From Acidobacteriota bacterium (lineage in GTDB: Bacteria; Acidobacteriota; UBA6911): 64,000 bases of DNA. Each line of letters starts with the position of its first letter. The stretch's first letter is position 1. A program made the translations under genes and the position numbers. The DNA lies in the NCBI GenBank assembly GCA_963664705.1, contig OY761556.1:2560001-2624000 (forward strand), written 5' to 3'. Positions 42,829 through 52,942 of this stretch are shown here, in pieces. The notes beneath the pieces were generated by a model. It searched no databases, had not been told where the DNA came from, and saw only the letters and a program-made list of their open reading frames with translations.

Positions 42829-45684
42829 ATGAAACTTACAAGATTGAGCCTGACGATCAACGGAATTGAAAGATTTGTTGTCTGCGATCCTGAAAAGGAC
42901 AACCTGGCAGAAGTTTTACGCCGCATGGGCCTCACAGGCGTGAAGGTTGGCTGTGGTACCGGCGTTTGCGGTGCCTGCTCAGTAATTCTCAATGGAAAGG
43001 TGGTACGTGCCTGCTCCAGAAAAATGAAGACGGTTGCGGAGTTTAGCGAAATCACCACAATTGAAGGCATCGGCACTCCGAAAAATCTTCACCCGCTGCA
43101 GCAGGCCTGGATCACATATGGTGGAGTGCAGTGCGGGTTCTGTTCCCCAGGGTTCATCGTCTCCGCCTATCAACTATTAGCTGAAAATAGTACTCCGACG
43201 CGTGAAGAGGTCCGGGACTGGTTCCAAAAGCATCGGAATATCTGCCGCTGTACAGGATATAAACCTCTGGTTGATTCCGTCATGGAAGCCGCCAAGGTTA
43301 TGCGCGGTGAAGCGACAATACAGGACATTACCTATGATTTTGCCGGAGAAAAAGACATCTATGGGTCCCGACATCCCAGACCCTCCGCTCTTGCAAAGGT
43401 GACCGGCCTTGCAGATTACGGCAATGATGTTGAGCAGCAGATGCCTGAAGGCGTCGCGCACATTGCGGTGGTTCTGGCCGATGTTCATCACGCCAAAATC
43501 ATCAGTATTGACAGCAGCGAAGCAGAGAAAATGCCGGGCGTTATCAAAGTCATCACCGCCAAGGATGTAAAAGGCACCAATAGCATGCCAGTTCAAGGCC
43601 ATGTCATTCGTCAAAAAGGCCATGGTGTCCGGGAGTTCCCTGTTATCGCCGGCAAGAAGGTCCTGAGACGAGGCGATGTTATGGCACTGGTAGCGGCTGA
43701 TACCAGAGAGCATGCCCGGGCGGCTGCCAAAAAGGTCAATAAGAACTTTGAAATCCTGCCTTCGTACATGACTTTCCCTGAGGCTGTAATGCCCAATGCA
43801 ATTCAGCTACATGAAACCATACCCAACTTTTATCTTGAACAACCTTGCCTTAAAGGCCGGGATACAGCCGAAGTTTTCGAAGAAGCAGCCTATGTGGCCG
43901 AAGGAAGCTTTCATTCACAGCATCAACCGCATCTTCCTATAGAACCGGATGTCTGCCAGGCATACTGGGGTGTCGACGGGATGCTTACGATTCAATCCAA
44001 GTGTCAGAATCTGTCGGAAAACGCCGAAGGCATCGCCTTGGCATGCGGTATTCCCAAAGAAAACATTCGGATGCTGCTGAATTGCGTCGGGGGGTCTTTC
44101 GGATACTCCATCGCCTCCAACGTTCATGCGCTTGTTGCAGTGGCTGCCATGGAATTGGATATGCCCGTCAGCCTGAGCCTCAGTTATGACGAACACAACC
44201 ATACGACCGGCAAGAGATCGGCTACGTTCACTAATGGTCGTATAGGATGTGACAAGGACGGGAAAATCATTGCGGCCGAATACGACATTGCTTTAGATCA
44301 TGGCGCGTACGCACTCGTACCCATTTTCAATAATCTGGTTTCGGTTGGATTCCACGGTTACAACATCCCCAACTTCAAGGCGCTTGCGCGCGGCGGTTCC
44401 ACGAATCACGCATTTAATACCGCCTATCGCGGCTTTGGTGGCCCCCAAGTCTACACCGCTACCGAAGCCCTTATCGACATGGCTGCCGAAAAAGCAGGAA
44501 TGGATCCCTGGGAGTTCCGGTACAAGAACGCAGCCAGGACGGGCGATCTAACGATTAACAGCCGTCCGTATCACGATTACCTCTATCCGAAGCTGCTAGA
44601 ATTGGCAAAGCCCACATATGACAAATACAAGGCTGAGGCCGAAGCAGCAAAAAAGGAAGGCCGACACGTAGGCGTCGGCATGAGCATGGGCAGTTTCGTT
44701 ATTACCATTGGAGTATGGGACCATGCGGAGGTGGCGTTAGAACTCAATCCCGACGGAACGGTCACACATTACAATACCTGGCAGGATATGGGGCAAGGAG
44801 GTGATATCGGCACTCTGACCCATACGGTCAAGGCGCTTGGGCCTTTGGGCATCCGTGCCGAGCAGGTGCGCCTGGTCATGAACGACAGCAAAAAATGTCC
44901 CGATACTCTCCTTTCGGCCGCAAGCCGCTCACACTATATGGCGGGCAACGCCACGCTTGATGCGGCAAGACAGCTGCTGGATGCAATGCGCAAAAAGAAC
45001 GGTGCGTACCGCACTTATGCCGAAATGACCGCCGAGGGTATTCCCACAAAATATGTAGGTCACTACGACCAGCATAACATCGGACTGGCGCAGGATCTCG
45101 ATCCCGATACCGGCGAAGGTGAAAAGGTGCCAGCCCACATGTATGGGCTCAATCTCGCCTTGGTCGAAGTCGATGTCAAAACTGGAAAATCAAAGGTTTT
45201 AAGGTTCACTTTTGCAGGCGACGTGGGCGTTATCGGCAATAGGCTTTCCGTTGAGGGGCAGGCATACGGTGGCATATCCCATTCCATCGGGTTTGCACTG
45301 ATGGAAGACTACGATGCACAGGACAAGCATGGCAATATGGTCAGCTGCGGGATCCCCTCCATAGACGTAATCCCCGACGATATGCAGCTGATCTTCACAG
45401 AAACACCTCGACCAGCCGGGCCGCACGGATCCTGCGGTTGCTCCGAAGTCTTCCAATGCTGCAACCACATGGCGGTCATCAATGCCATTAATCATGCTTG
45501 CGGTGTTCGAATTTATGCGCTGCCGGCAACACCGGAAAAAATCAAAGCCGGTTGGGAAGCGAAGCAACGCGGAGAGGATCTGACTCCGCCCAAATATTTC
45601 CTCGGAAACGAACTCGAGGAAGAGCTGGAGATTATTAAGGCCCAACCTCTGAGCCAGAGGAAAACACCTGGGGCAGTCCAATAG
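42829..45684 (+). CDS. Molybdopterin aldehyde oxidoreductase, xanthine oxidase family (Mop-like 2Fe-2S + Mo fusion)
   Basis: GCGTGVCGAC, QCGFC, CRCTGY, AYRGFG, VEGQAYGG; ATG at 42829. Confidence 0.95.
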   Translation: MKLTRLSLTINGIERFVVCDPEKDNLAEVLRRMGLTGVKVGCGTGVCGACSVILNGKVVRACSRKMKTVAEFSEITTIEGIGTPKNLHPLQQAWITYGGVQCGFCSPGFIVSAYQLLAENSTPTREEVRDWFQKHRNICRCTGYKPLVDSVMEAAKVMRGEATIQDITYDFAGEKDIYGSRHPRPSALAKVTGLADYGNDVEQQMPEGVAHIAVVLADVHHAKIISIDSSEAEKMPGVIKVITAKDVKGTNSMPVQGHVIRQKGHGVREFPVIAGKKVLRRGDVMALVAADTREHARAAAKKVNKNFEILPSYMTFPEAVMPNAIQLHETIPNFYLEQPCLKGRDTAEVFEEAAYVAEGSFHSQHQPHLPIEPDVCQAYWGVDGMLTIQSKCQNLSENAEGIALACGIPKENIRMLLNCVGGSFGYSIASNVHALVAVAAMELDMPVSLSLSYDEHNHTTGKRSATFTNGRIGCDKDGKIIAAEYDIALDHGAYALVPIFNNLVSVGFHGYNIPNFKALARGGSTNHAFNTAYRGFGGPQVYTATEALIDMAAEKAGMDPWEFRYKNAARTGDLTINSRPYHDYLYPKLLELAKPTYDKYKAEAEAAKKEGRHVGVGMSMGSFVITIGVWDHAEVALELNPDGTVTHYNTWQDMGQGGDIGTLTHTVKALGPLGIRAEQVRLVMNDSKKCPDTLLSAASRSHYMAGNATLDAARQLLDAMRKKNGAYRTYAEMTAEGIPTKYVGHYDQHNIGLAQDLDPDTGEGEKVPAHMYGLNLALVEVDVKTGKSKVLRFTFAGDVGVIGNRLSVEGQAYGGISHSIGFALMEDYDAQDKHGNMVSCGIPSIDVIPDDMQLIFTETPRPAGPHGSCGCSEVFQCCNHMAVINAINHACGVRIYALPATPEKIKAGWEAKQRGEDLTPPKYFLGNELEEELEIIKAQPLSQRKTPGAVQ

Positions 45685-45704
45685 CTTCGACGTAATTGCA
45701 GCTT

Positions 45705-45741
45705 AGCAATCAGCCGAACGGATGACGTTCGGCTGATTGCT
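45705..45741 (+). terminator. 16-bp perfect hairpin after the oxidoreductase gene (no U tract)
   Basis: AGCAATCAGCCGAACG-GATGA-CGTTCGGCTGATTGCT. Confidence 0.5.
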
Positions 45742-45761
45742 GGCTTGAGGAATGAAACAGG

Positions 45762-46187
45762 GTGAAAAATTTGGCTCCCATCCCAATCAAAGCGGATAAA
45801 GAGTTCGTCGACTTTCTCAATGCCGTACGACTGAAAGAAGTGGAAATCGTCGAGGCAATCCAGGTGACGGTAGACTCTGCTGATTCAGGCGAAGCGTACC
45901 TGCGGAATCTGACCGCAACCATTGAGCTATTCCCTACAGCTCCTCAAAAAGCACGGGCAGTCATTTTTAGACTGCAGGCCCTCTCCTTGATGATGGAAAG
46001 AAACGAACTGAGGAACTGGATGCTGCCCGGCAGCTCATCATTTACCAAAGCGGGACAACGAGCCGTGATCGCAGCATTGACACATCATCCCCTTTCTTTG
46101 ATAAATGGCGAAATTACATTCGAAAAGGAATCATTCCTTCAAAGGATTCTTCTCGCTGCGGAATACGAAGGAAAGGTAACGAGCTAG
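45762..46187 (+). CDS. Hypothetical protein
   Basis: 141-aa ORF, GAGGA upstream. Confidence 0.6.
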   Translation: MKNLAPIPIKADKEFVDFLNAVRLKEVEIVEAIQVTVDSADSGEAYLRNLTATIELFPTAPQKARAVIFRLQALSLMMERNELRNWMLPGSSSFTKAGQRAVIAALTHHPLSLINGEITFEKESFLQRILLAAEYEGKVTS

Positions 46188-46283
46188 GTTTATTATATTG
46201 CATGGTTCAGCGGGTTAGCCAGATACAAGGCAGGCTGTCTGAAACAGAGACAAACTTTGGTGCATTTGTTCAGGAGTTCATCT

Positions 46284-47435
46284 ATGTCCGGATGGAATAA
46301 GCTGATATTTACTCTCTCCTTATCTGTTTTCGCGATCGTTGTCGGAACCATTTCTTATGCTGCCTATAGAGGGCATGCGGATGACAGCGATATCGACGCT
46401 GTTTTAAGTGCGTATCCTGATCTTAAAGGCACAGCGATTGACTCCTGCGCTACCTGCCACAAAAGCGGAAAAGTGGAGGACGTCCCGGGAACGCTTCGAC
46501 AGGAAGGTCACTGCGGGTACTGCCATGCAACGCATGTAAGAAAAAACCTGCCGGCTAAGGAAACACTGAATCGTTATGGAGCCGATTATCTTGCCGCCGG
46601 CCGGGGAATCAAAGCCGTTCGCGCTATCTCGGCAAAAGATTCAGATAAGGACGGCTTTTCAAATGAAGCCGAATTCCTGAAAGGAACCAACCCGGGCGAA
46701 GATCAAAGCAATCCATCGACTGCAATAGCACCGAACAAAATGTTTTCATCCCCTGAACTCAGGACGCTATTGCCGACCTTGAGTGAAACTGTTTTTTTGA
46801 ATACCTCGCAAAACAAACAGGGCGATTTCTACAACGAATATCGTGGCATGAAAGTTTACGAATTGCTGCAAGCAGTTGGCATTTCTCACGCGGCTGAGAG
46901 CGTAGACTTTATCTCACTGGACGGATTCGAAGGCAGCTTTACCATCAAAGAATTGAAGGCAAAGTGGCCGCAGGGCAAGCCGGTTCTGGGTCTCGACAAA
47001 AAAACGATAGGCCCATGCGGATGGGTGAGCTACAACGTCCCCGGTCTCAATGAGAAAGCAGCGCTTCCTTCGGTACAGGTGATGCTCGCCTATGAAGAGA
47101 ATGGGAAGGAAATCGAAAGGGGCAAATTGGATCCCGCAACAGGTCGTATAATCGGTACCGGTCCTTTGCGGCTGGTTGTGCCGCAGTTCAAGATTTCTCC
47201 TCCGGATCTGCCGAAGTATGCAGAACAATCATGCCGGGAAAGAGTGCCCCAGGAATATCGATTTACTGAAGACTACGATCACAACGGTGGCAGGAGCTCA
47301 TTTTCTATTATTGCGGTGAGAATTAACCCTCTGCCAAAAGGAACGAGAGATTTCGACTGGCATAAAATCAGAGAGGAGTTAATTTCAGGAGAAAAAATAG
47401 TCTTTTTCGGAGCGTTGTCACCAAAGATCCGATAA
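46284..47435 (+). CDS. Exported diheme c-type cytochrome fused to a sulfite-oxidase-like domain (GEGP-motif-like, here GTGP)
   Basis: Signal peptide; CATCH and CGYCH; MLAYEENG..GTGPLRLVVP; AGGAG SD. Confidence 0.75.
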   Translation: MSGWNKLIFTLSLSVFAIVVGTISYAAYRGHADDSDIDAVLSAYPDLKGTAIDSCATCHKSGKVEDVPGTLRQEGHCGYCHATHVRKNLPAKETLNRYGADYLAAGRGIKAVRAISAKDSDKDGFSNEAEFLKGTNPGEDQSNPSTAIAPNKMFSSPELRTLLPTLSETVFLNTSQNKQGDFYNEYRGMKVYELLQAVGISHAAESVDFISLDGFEGSFTIKELKAKWPQGKPVLGLDKKTIGPCGWVSYNVPGLNEKAALPSVQVMLAYEENGKEIERGKLDPATGRIIGTGPLRLVVPQFKISPPDLPKYAEQSCRERVPQEYRFTEDYDHNGGRSSFSIIAVRINPLPKGTRDFDWHKIREELISGEKIVFFGALSPKIR

Positions 47436-48147
47436 AAATTCGTGCATGACCTTGCATGTCTCATGCATTTCGCAGCCCCCCATTTGGGCTATGTGCGATC
47501 TGAGATCTTCGGAGTTGAGCGATTGAAATAGAGCGCTGCTACGCGATTAAGGCCCAGCGCTCTCTCATTTCCATCAAAGCCTTCGAGTTGGCGACCTTGA
47601 AGCTGCCGGTTCCTACAATGGCGATTGCCTTGAATTTTTGGGATCCAAATTCTCCTCCGAATCCGCCCTAGCCGGCCGCAGTTCCTCCACCATGCTGCAA
47701 CGACGCAATTCTGCTCAATTTCTCACCGGCCTGGCTCGTCGTGACAATCGCGGGCCTGCGCAGGGTGTACTCCTTCCCTTCCGGGTACCCAAGCCTGGCC
47801 GTCAGGTTGCCGCCGGGGGATTCCGCGTCCGGATCGTCGAGAGCGATCATCGGGATCCACCGGAATCGGCAAAACCCAATAAGCCGACAATAAAGTCAAA
47901 GCGTGAAACTGGCAGGGAACGACTTTCGATCTAACGACTGCCTCTGGCGATGTCGATAAGAAAAGAAAACGCACGGCTTGATTGATGACGAGCAAGGACC
48001 AGTTGCAGCAGGGTTTAACATGTAATGCTGTCCACTTGGATCGGGCTGTCTTTTTGGATTGAGAGATTTTTGTGCTGATGTGCAGGGGCTGGTTTCGTAT
48101 CTCCGGCACAAAGAGTCTGCAATTCTAGATTGCATTAGGGGCCGAAT

Positions 48148-51100
48148 ATGCGATTCAAGTGTGCACTGTACTCCCGCAATAGGAATGTTCTACTTATTTC
48201 CCTAGGACGCATAATTCTAGGCTTGAGTGTGTTGGCGGCAATCTACCCGACTCCAGCATATTCCGCGTTTCTAAAGGACCTTCCGATTACCCTAAAACAG
48301 CCAAACGGAGAGCTGGTTCGAGCATTTGTAACCGGCGATGAAAACTGCAATTTCATCCACGACGAAGAAGGATATGTCGCCGTCCGCGATCCGGGCAGCC
48401 GATTCTGGGTTTATGGTCAGCAGGCGGGAGGCCGCATTCGGCCATCCACCCACATCCTGGGTCGAGGCAAGCCGGATCTGCCCCCAATATCCCGCGCAAC
48501 AATATTAAGCCTGCAAAAACCGGCTCTTTCTCGGAGTGACCTGCGTTCCGCACGGGCGGGCTCTAAAACCCGTGGGCCTATGGCCGTCGATTCTCTGAAT
48601 GCATCCAGTGTTTCCAGCGACGGCCCTTGGACGCCGAGTCTCGGAACCGTCAACAATATTGCTATTTTCGTCCGCTTTGCCGACGACCCGGAGTTTACGG
48701 CACCGCTTTCGTCCTATGCGGCATTGTTTAATGCTTCCGGGGATAGCGATGTTTCCTTATATAATTATTATAAAGAGGCTTCCTACAATCAGCTGTCGGT
48801 TGCCACTTCATTTTATCCCAACTCAGCAGGGACCATTGTCTCGTATCGGGATATGAACCCCCGAGCCTACTATCAGGCTTACGATGTACGCTCTAATCCT
48901 CTCGGGTATGCGGATGGCTCGGAATATCTGCAGCGGGAACGGGCCCTCCTGGATAGAGCCGTGAACGCAATCAGTGACCAGGTCCCGAATTCGCTCGAAA
49001 TCGACGGCAATGGAGATGGTTTCATCGATCACATCTGCCTCATTTATCAAGGGCACCCGGACGGCTGGGCATCCATGCTTTGGCCGCACCAGGCATTCGC
49101 GAATGCATCCTCGGCAGCCAGGATTCAGGGCAAACAAATCCGCTCCTACAATGTGCAGATCGATGCAATGCTGCTTCCAGACTGGGTCGGAGTTCTATGC
49201 CACGAATTCTTCCACTCCCTGGGAGCTCCGGACCTTTATAACTACTCCTTGCAGGCACCCGGCGCAGTTGGCAATTGGTTTGACAGCGTCGGTGAATGGG
49301 ACCTCATGGCATCCGACGGTAAAGTGCCGCAACACATGGGTGCCTATATGAAGTACCGCTACGGAAAATGGATCCCGCAATTGCCGGCGATTTCCCAGGA
49401 CGGCTTATATGCCCTTCGTCCCCTGACCGATAACGTTAATAATGCCTATCGCATTGCATCACCCTACTCGAGCACGGAATGGTTCGTGTTGGAATACCGG
49501 AAGAAATCCGGAGTTTTCGAGCAGTCCCTGCCTGGAGAAGGACTATTGGTTTATCGCATCAACACCTCCTATTATGGAGATGCTTCCGGCCCCCCAGATG
49601 AAGTGTATCTTTATCGTCCGGGTGGGACTCTATATACCAACGGTTTTCTGGGATATGCTCCCTACAGTTCAAATTCGGGCCGCACGGAATTGTCGGACTT
49701 GACAGAACCATCGTCGTTCCTTTCCGCCGGTGGGTCCGGCGGTCTTCTCCTGACCTCGGTCGGCAGCCCAGGGGAACAAATTTCCTTTAGGATTGCCATC
49801 GGGCAGGCATTGCATAGGGTCTCGGCTCCGTCCATCACCGACGGGCCGATTCAGGGAAAATCAAGCACATCCTATTCATTCACATCCTCGGCGGCCGTTG
49901 ATTCTAAAGGCTGCACGATGCAATACCGTTTCTTTTGGGATGATGGTACGTTCTCGGATTGGGCCCAGGATCTGACCGTCAGACACTCCTTCTTCGGTGC
50001 GCGATCATACAAAATCCGGGTTCAAGCTCGCTGCGCATCCTCGCCGGACAGCTATTCCCCTTGGTCGGCTCCCTATCTGGTGACCATGGACTTTGAGACT
50101 CCTTCGCAGTTTTACATGAAACAACGCGTCCCGGCACCCACGGACTCGAGAATGATGATCTACAGTATGGCAACAGGGGATTTGGATGCAGACGGCAAAC
50201 AGGAACTCGTTGTCATGTACGCTTACCTTCCCACCAATTATGCCAAGGACCGGATTCAGGATCTGGTGATCTACAGGTGGGTGGATGGGAAGCTTCAGAA
50301 GATATGGAATCGCGCAGGATCCTCTCTGAATTATCCCGAAGGATGGTACATAAAGGTTGCGGACATCGACGGCGACGGGCGTGCTGAAATCATCAAGAAC
50401 GGAGAAATGATCAAATACTCTATGGGGGAGTATATTCCTATCCCCGCCCCTGATCTTGATCTTCCGGTTGCCGTTGGAGATGCCAACAACGATGGGATGC
50501 CTGAAGTAATATCCTTTGACGGTTTCCTGTATCAATACAATGCTGGGGCATGGAAAACCGCGGGACATTTTGATGTAGGGGGCGCCTCCACGGTGATGGC
50601 CCTGGGGGACACGGATGGAGATGGCAAAAATGAAATCGTCGTTTCCACAGGCAACGGCTTCAACACGGGAACCATTACGGTTCTTCGCGCGACTTCGGGG
50701 GGGAATTTCTCCGTGGTCTGGCAGAAGTCAAACTACATGTCGGGCGCGACCGATATCAAGATTGCCGATTGGGATTCGGATGGCAAGAATGAGATTATTC
50801 TTGCCTATGGCCAGGATTCCTCGGTCCATGTCTTGAAATATGCAAACTCAGCCTATTCGGAGATCTGGTCGCATATCTTCAATGCCTATTCCGGAATGGG
50901 ATGGGTGCCGACCCTGGCCCTCGGCAGGTTCAATCCGGCGACAACCGGACTCGATTTAGCGATCGGACTGGGCGGACATTGTCAACAGCCGGCCGAAGGA
51001 AGTGGCGTGTATCTTGAAAATGTAGGGATGCTTTTTCACGATTCCGATACGAGCTATGGCGTGGGAAGCATTATCCTGATGGATATCGACCAGGATGGCC

Positions 51101-52584
51101 AAAACGAGCTTATCGCGGGTTCGACGGACAGTTATATCTACATCCTATCGGCTTACCATACTCCAACGACTCCAACATCGATCGCTGCTTTGGGGGCATC
51201 AACATTTTCAACCCGCGGGCCCAGCGGCGATCTCGTCGACGGATATTCTACTGTCACGCTGAACACGGGACACGTTCCATACGGAACCGCAGTATTCAGC
51301 CTCGTGCAAAATGGATTTATTGTCAGCGAGGCCGGAGTCCCAGCTTCTCCGCCGACTCTCGCAGCCCGCATTTTTGTCGATGCACGGACCAATTTGACGC
51401 CGGGTGCCAATACAGACGTCTCGAGCGTTTCGACCGGATTGGCTGCAGTAAATGCCGGCGTATTCACTGCAAACATGTCGCTGAAACTCCGGGACAGCAA
51501 TGGCTCATTGTTGTCGGAAGGCGTTGTCAGGTTGGATGCAGGGCAACAGATAGCCAAATTCCTCGATCAATTGACTCCTGGTTTTGTACTCCCTGCAGGC
51601 TTCGCGGAAAACGGTTCTGGTTCACTCGAAATTACCAGCGATCAGCCGGTGTCGTTCCTTGCGCTCCGGCTTACCGTGAACCAGCGAGGGGAGTTATTGC
51701 TGACGACCACGCCTGTTGCCGATCTTTCCCGTACGTCCACAACTGGTTCAATGGCATTTCCTCAAATCGCCGTTGGCGGAGGATATCAGACCACTCTCCT
51801 CCTGCTGAACACCTCCGATGAGATAGAGGCGGGAAAACTGAAGTTTTTTAGCGATAAGGGTACGCCATTCGCCCTGCGTTTCATTGACATGAATGTCGCC
51901 GATACCACCTATGCCTATACCATTCCGGCCGGAGGCTTTTTGAGGCTTATAGCGGATCCTGCAGATTCGGAAGTTCGAAGCGGCTGGGCGCAGTTGGTTC
52001 CTGATGCCGGGAAATCTACTCCCGCCGGGGCGGCGGTCTTCAGTCTGACTTCAAATGGGATTCTGGTCACAGAAGCAGCAGTCCCCGCCGCATCGGCGAC
52101 ACAACATGTGCGGATCTTTGTCGACAAATCCGACAGCCACGATACAGGGGTGGCGATTGCAAATCCCGGTGATGTTGCAAACCGTGTTACTGCAACGGCC
52201 TATCAAATGGACGGGATTACCCCTGCAGGGACAGGAGCGATCCCCCTTGATTTGGCTGCTTTGGGTCACGACGCACGCTTTGCCGGTGAGCTTGTCGCAG
52301 GATTGCCAAATGGATTTACGGGAATATTGGATTTGACCGGAACTTTCCCCTTCAGTGCGACCACATTGCGATCTTTGACAAATGGTCGGGGAGATTTTCT
52401 GTTGACCACATTCCCTATTGCCGATATCAATCAGCCTGCACCCAATCCGATCCTGTTCCCGCAGATTGCGGCCGGTGGCGGCTATCAAACCCAGATCATC
52501 TTGCTGGGTAGCGGCGGCGGCACTTCAACAATCACGTTGAGATACTTTGGAAGCGGTGGATCCCCAATTTCTGTTTCGCCCTAA
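48148..52584 (+). CDS. Secreted M6-family (immune inhibitor A-like) metalloprotease with PKD-like, FG-GAP and duplicated C-terminal domains
   Basis: TLKQPNG..GDE propeptide; WPH; HEFFHSLGAPDLY; GDLDADGKQEL-type repeats; two FPQIAxGGGYQT modules. Confidence 0.9.
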   Translation: MRFKCALYSRNRNVLLISLGRIILGLSVLAAIYPTPAYSAFLKDLPITLKQPNGELVRAFVTGDENCNFIHDEEGYVAVRDPGSRFWVYGQQAGGRIRPSTHILGRGKPDLPPISRATILSLQKPALSRSDLRSARAGSKTRGPMAVDSLNASSVSSDGPWTPSLGTVNNIAIFVRFADDPEFTAPLSSYAALFNASGDSDVSLYNYYKEASYNQLSVATSFYPNSAGTIVSYRDMNPRAYYQAYDVRSNPLGYADGSEYLQRERALLDRAVNAISDQVPNSLEIDGNGDGFIDHICLIYQGHPDGWASMLWPHQAFANASSAARIQGKQIRSYNVQIDAMLLPDWVGVLCHEFFHSLGAPDLYNYSLQAPGAVGNWFDSVGEWDLMASDGKVPQHMGAYMKYRYGKWIPQLPAISQDGLYALRPLTDNVNNAYRIASPYSSTEWFVLEYRKKSGVFEQSLPGEGLLVYRINTSYYGDASGPPDEVYLYRPGGTLYTNGFLGYAPYSSNSGRTELSDLTEPSSFLSAGGSGGLLLTSVGSPGEQISFRIAIGQALHRVSAPSITDGPIQGKSSTSYSFTSSAAVDSKGCTMQYRFFWDDGTFSDWAQDLTVRHSFFGARSYKIRVQARCASSPDSYSPWSAPYLVTMDFETPSQFYMKQRVPAPTDSRMMIYSMATGDLDADGKQELVVMYAYLPTNYAKDRIQDLVIYRWVDGKLQKIWNRAGSSLNYPEGWYIKVADIDGDGRAEIIKNGEMIKYSMGEYIPIPAPDLDLPVAVGDANNDGMPEVISFDGFLYQYNAGAWKTAGHFDVGGASTVMALGDTDGDGKNEIVVSTGNGFNTGTITVLRATSGGNFSVVWQKSNYMSGATDIKIADWDSDGKNEIILAYGQDSSVHVLKYANSAYSEIWSHIFNAYSGMGWVPTLALGRFNPATTGLDLAIGLGGHCQQPAEGSGVYLENVGMLFHDSDTSYGVGSIILMDIDQDGQNELIAGSTDSYIYILSAYHTPTTPTSIAALGASTFSTRGPSGDLVDGYSTVTLNTGHVPYGTAVFSLVQNGFIVSEAGVPASPPTLAARIFVDARTNLTPGANTDVSSVSTGLAAVNAGVFTANMSLKLRDSNGSLLSEGVVRLDAGQQIAKFLDQLTPGFVLPAGFAENGSGSLEITSDQPVSFLALRLTVNQRGELLLTTTPVADLSRTSTTGSMAFPQIAVGGGYQTTLLLLNTSDEIEAGKLKFFSDKGTPFALRFIDMNVADTTYAYTIPAGGFLRLIADPADSEVRSGWAQLVPDAGKSTPAGAAVFSLTSNGILVTEAAVPAASATQHVRIFVDKSDSHDTGVAIANPGDVANRVTATAYQMDGITPAGTGAIPLDLAALGHDARFAGELVAGLPNGFTGILDLTGTFPFSATTLRSLTNGRGDFLLTTFPIADINQPAPNPILFPQIAAGGGYQTQIILLGSGGGTSTITLRYFGSGGSPISVSP

Positions 52585-52785
52585 CGGTGATCTGACTGCA
52601 TTCGGAAGAATTCCATTCACGACAGCGGATAAGAACTCCATAGGTGGCGGCATCCGGCGAAACAACTGTTGGTATCAGCCCTTCCCCCAAGTTATTCGCC
52701 CTGTCATATTAATATCCTGTAACGAGCACCTGGTTTCATTTGGTTGCGGATTATTGGGCCGGGCGGCACGAAGCCGCGACTTCAA

Positions 52786-52829
52786 AAATGCATTATAGTT
52801 GCATTCTAAATGCATTATACTTGCATTTT
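52786..52829. promoter_or_regulatory. Tandem 22-bp palindromic operator-like repeats upstream of the GRE operon
   Basis: AAATGCATTATAGTTGCATTCT followed by AAATGCATTATACTTGCATTTT; each is AATGCA-N7-TGCATT. Confidence 0.7.
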
Positions 52830-52942
52830 ATTTAGCCGATGATCTTGATAAATCAGGAAAGTGCGGCCAGGCAACATGATCCTATTGGATCCAGAACTAT
52901 TTGCATTTAATGCTTCAGCTCTATTATCGACACTGTGAATCA

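Noticed and set aside
47638-48109. Short ORFs or a gene remnant between the diheme protein and the M6 protease
   Set aside because: No convincing start signals or recognisable motif; a fragment cannot be excluded without a search
52786-52829. CRISPR mini-array
   Set aside because: Two abutting 22-bp units with no spacer and no cas genes; no CRISPR array seen anywhere in the window
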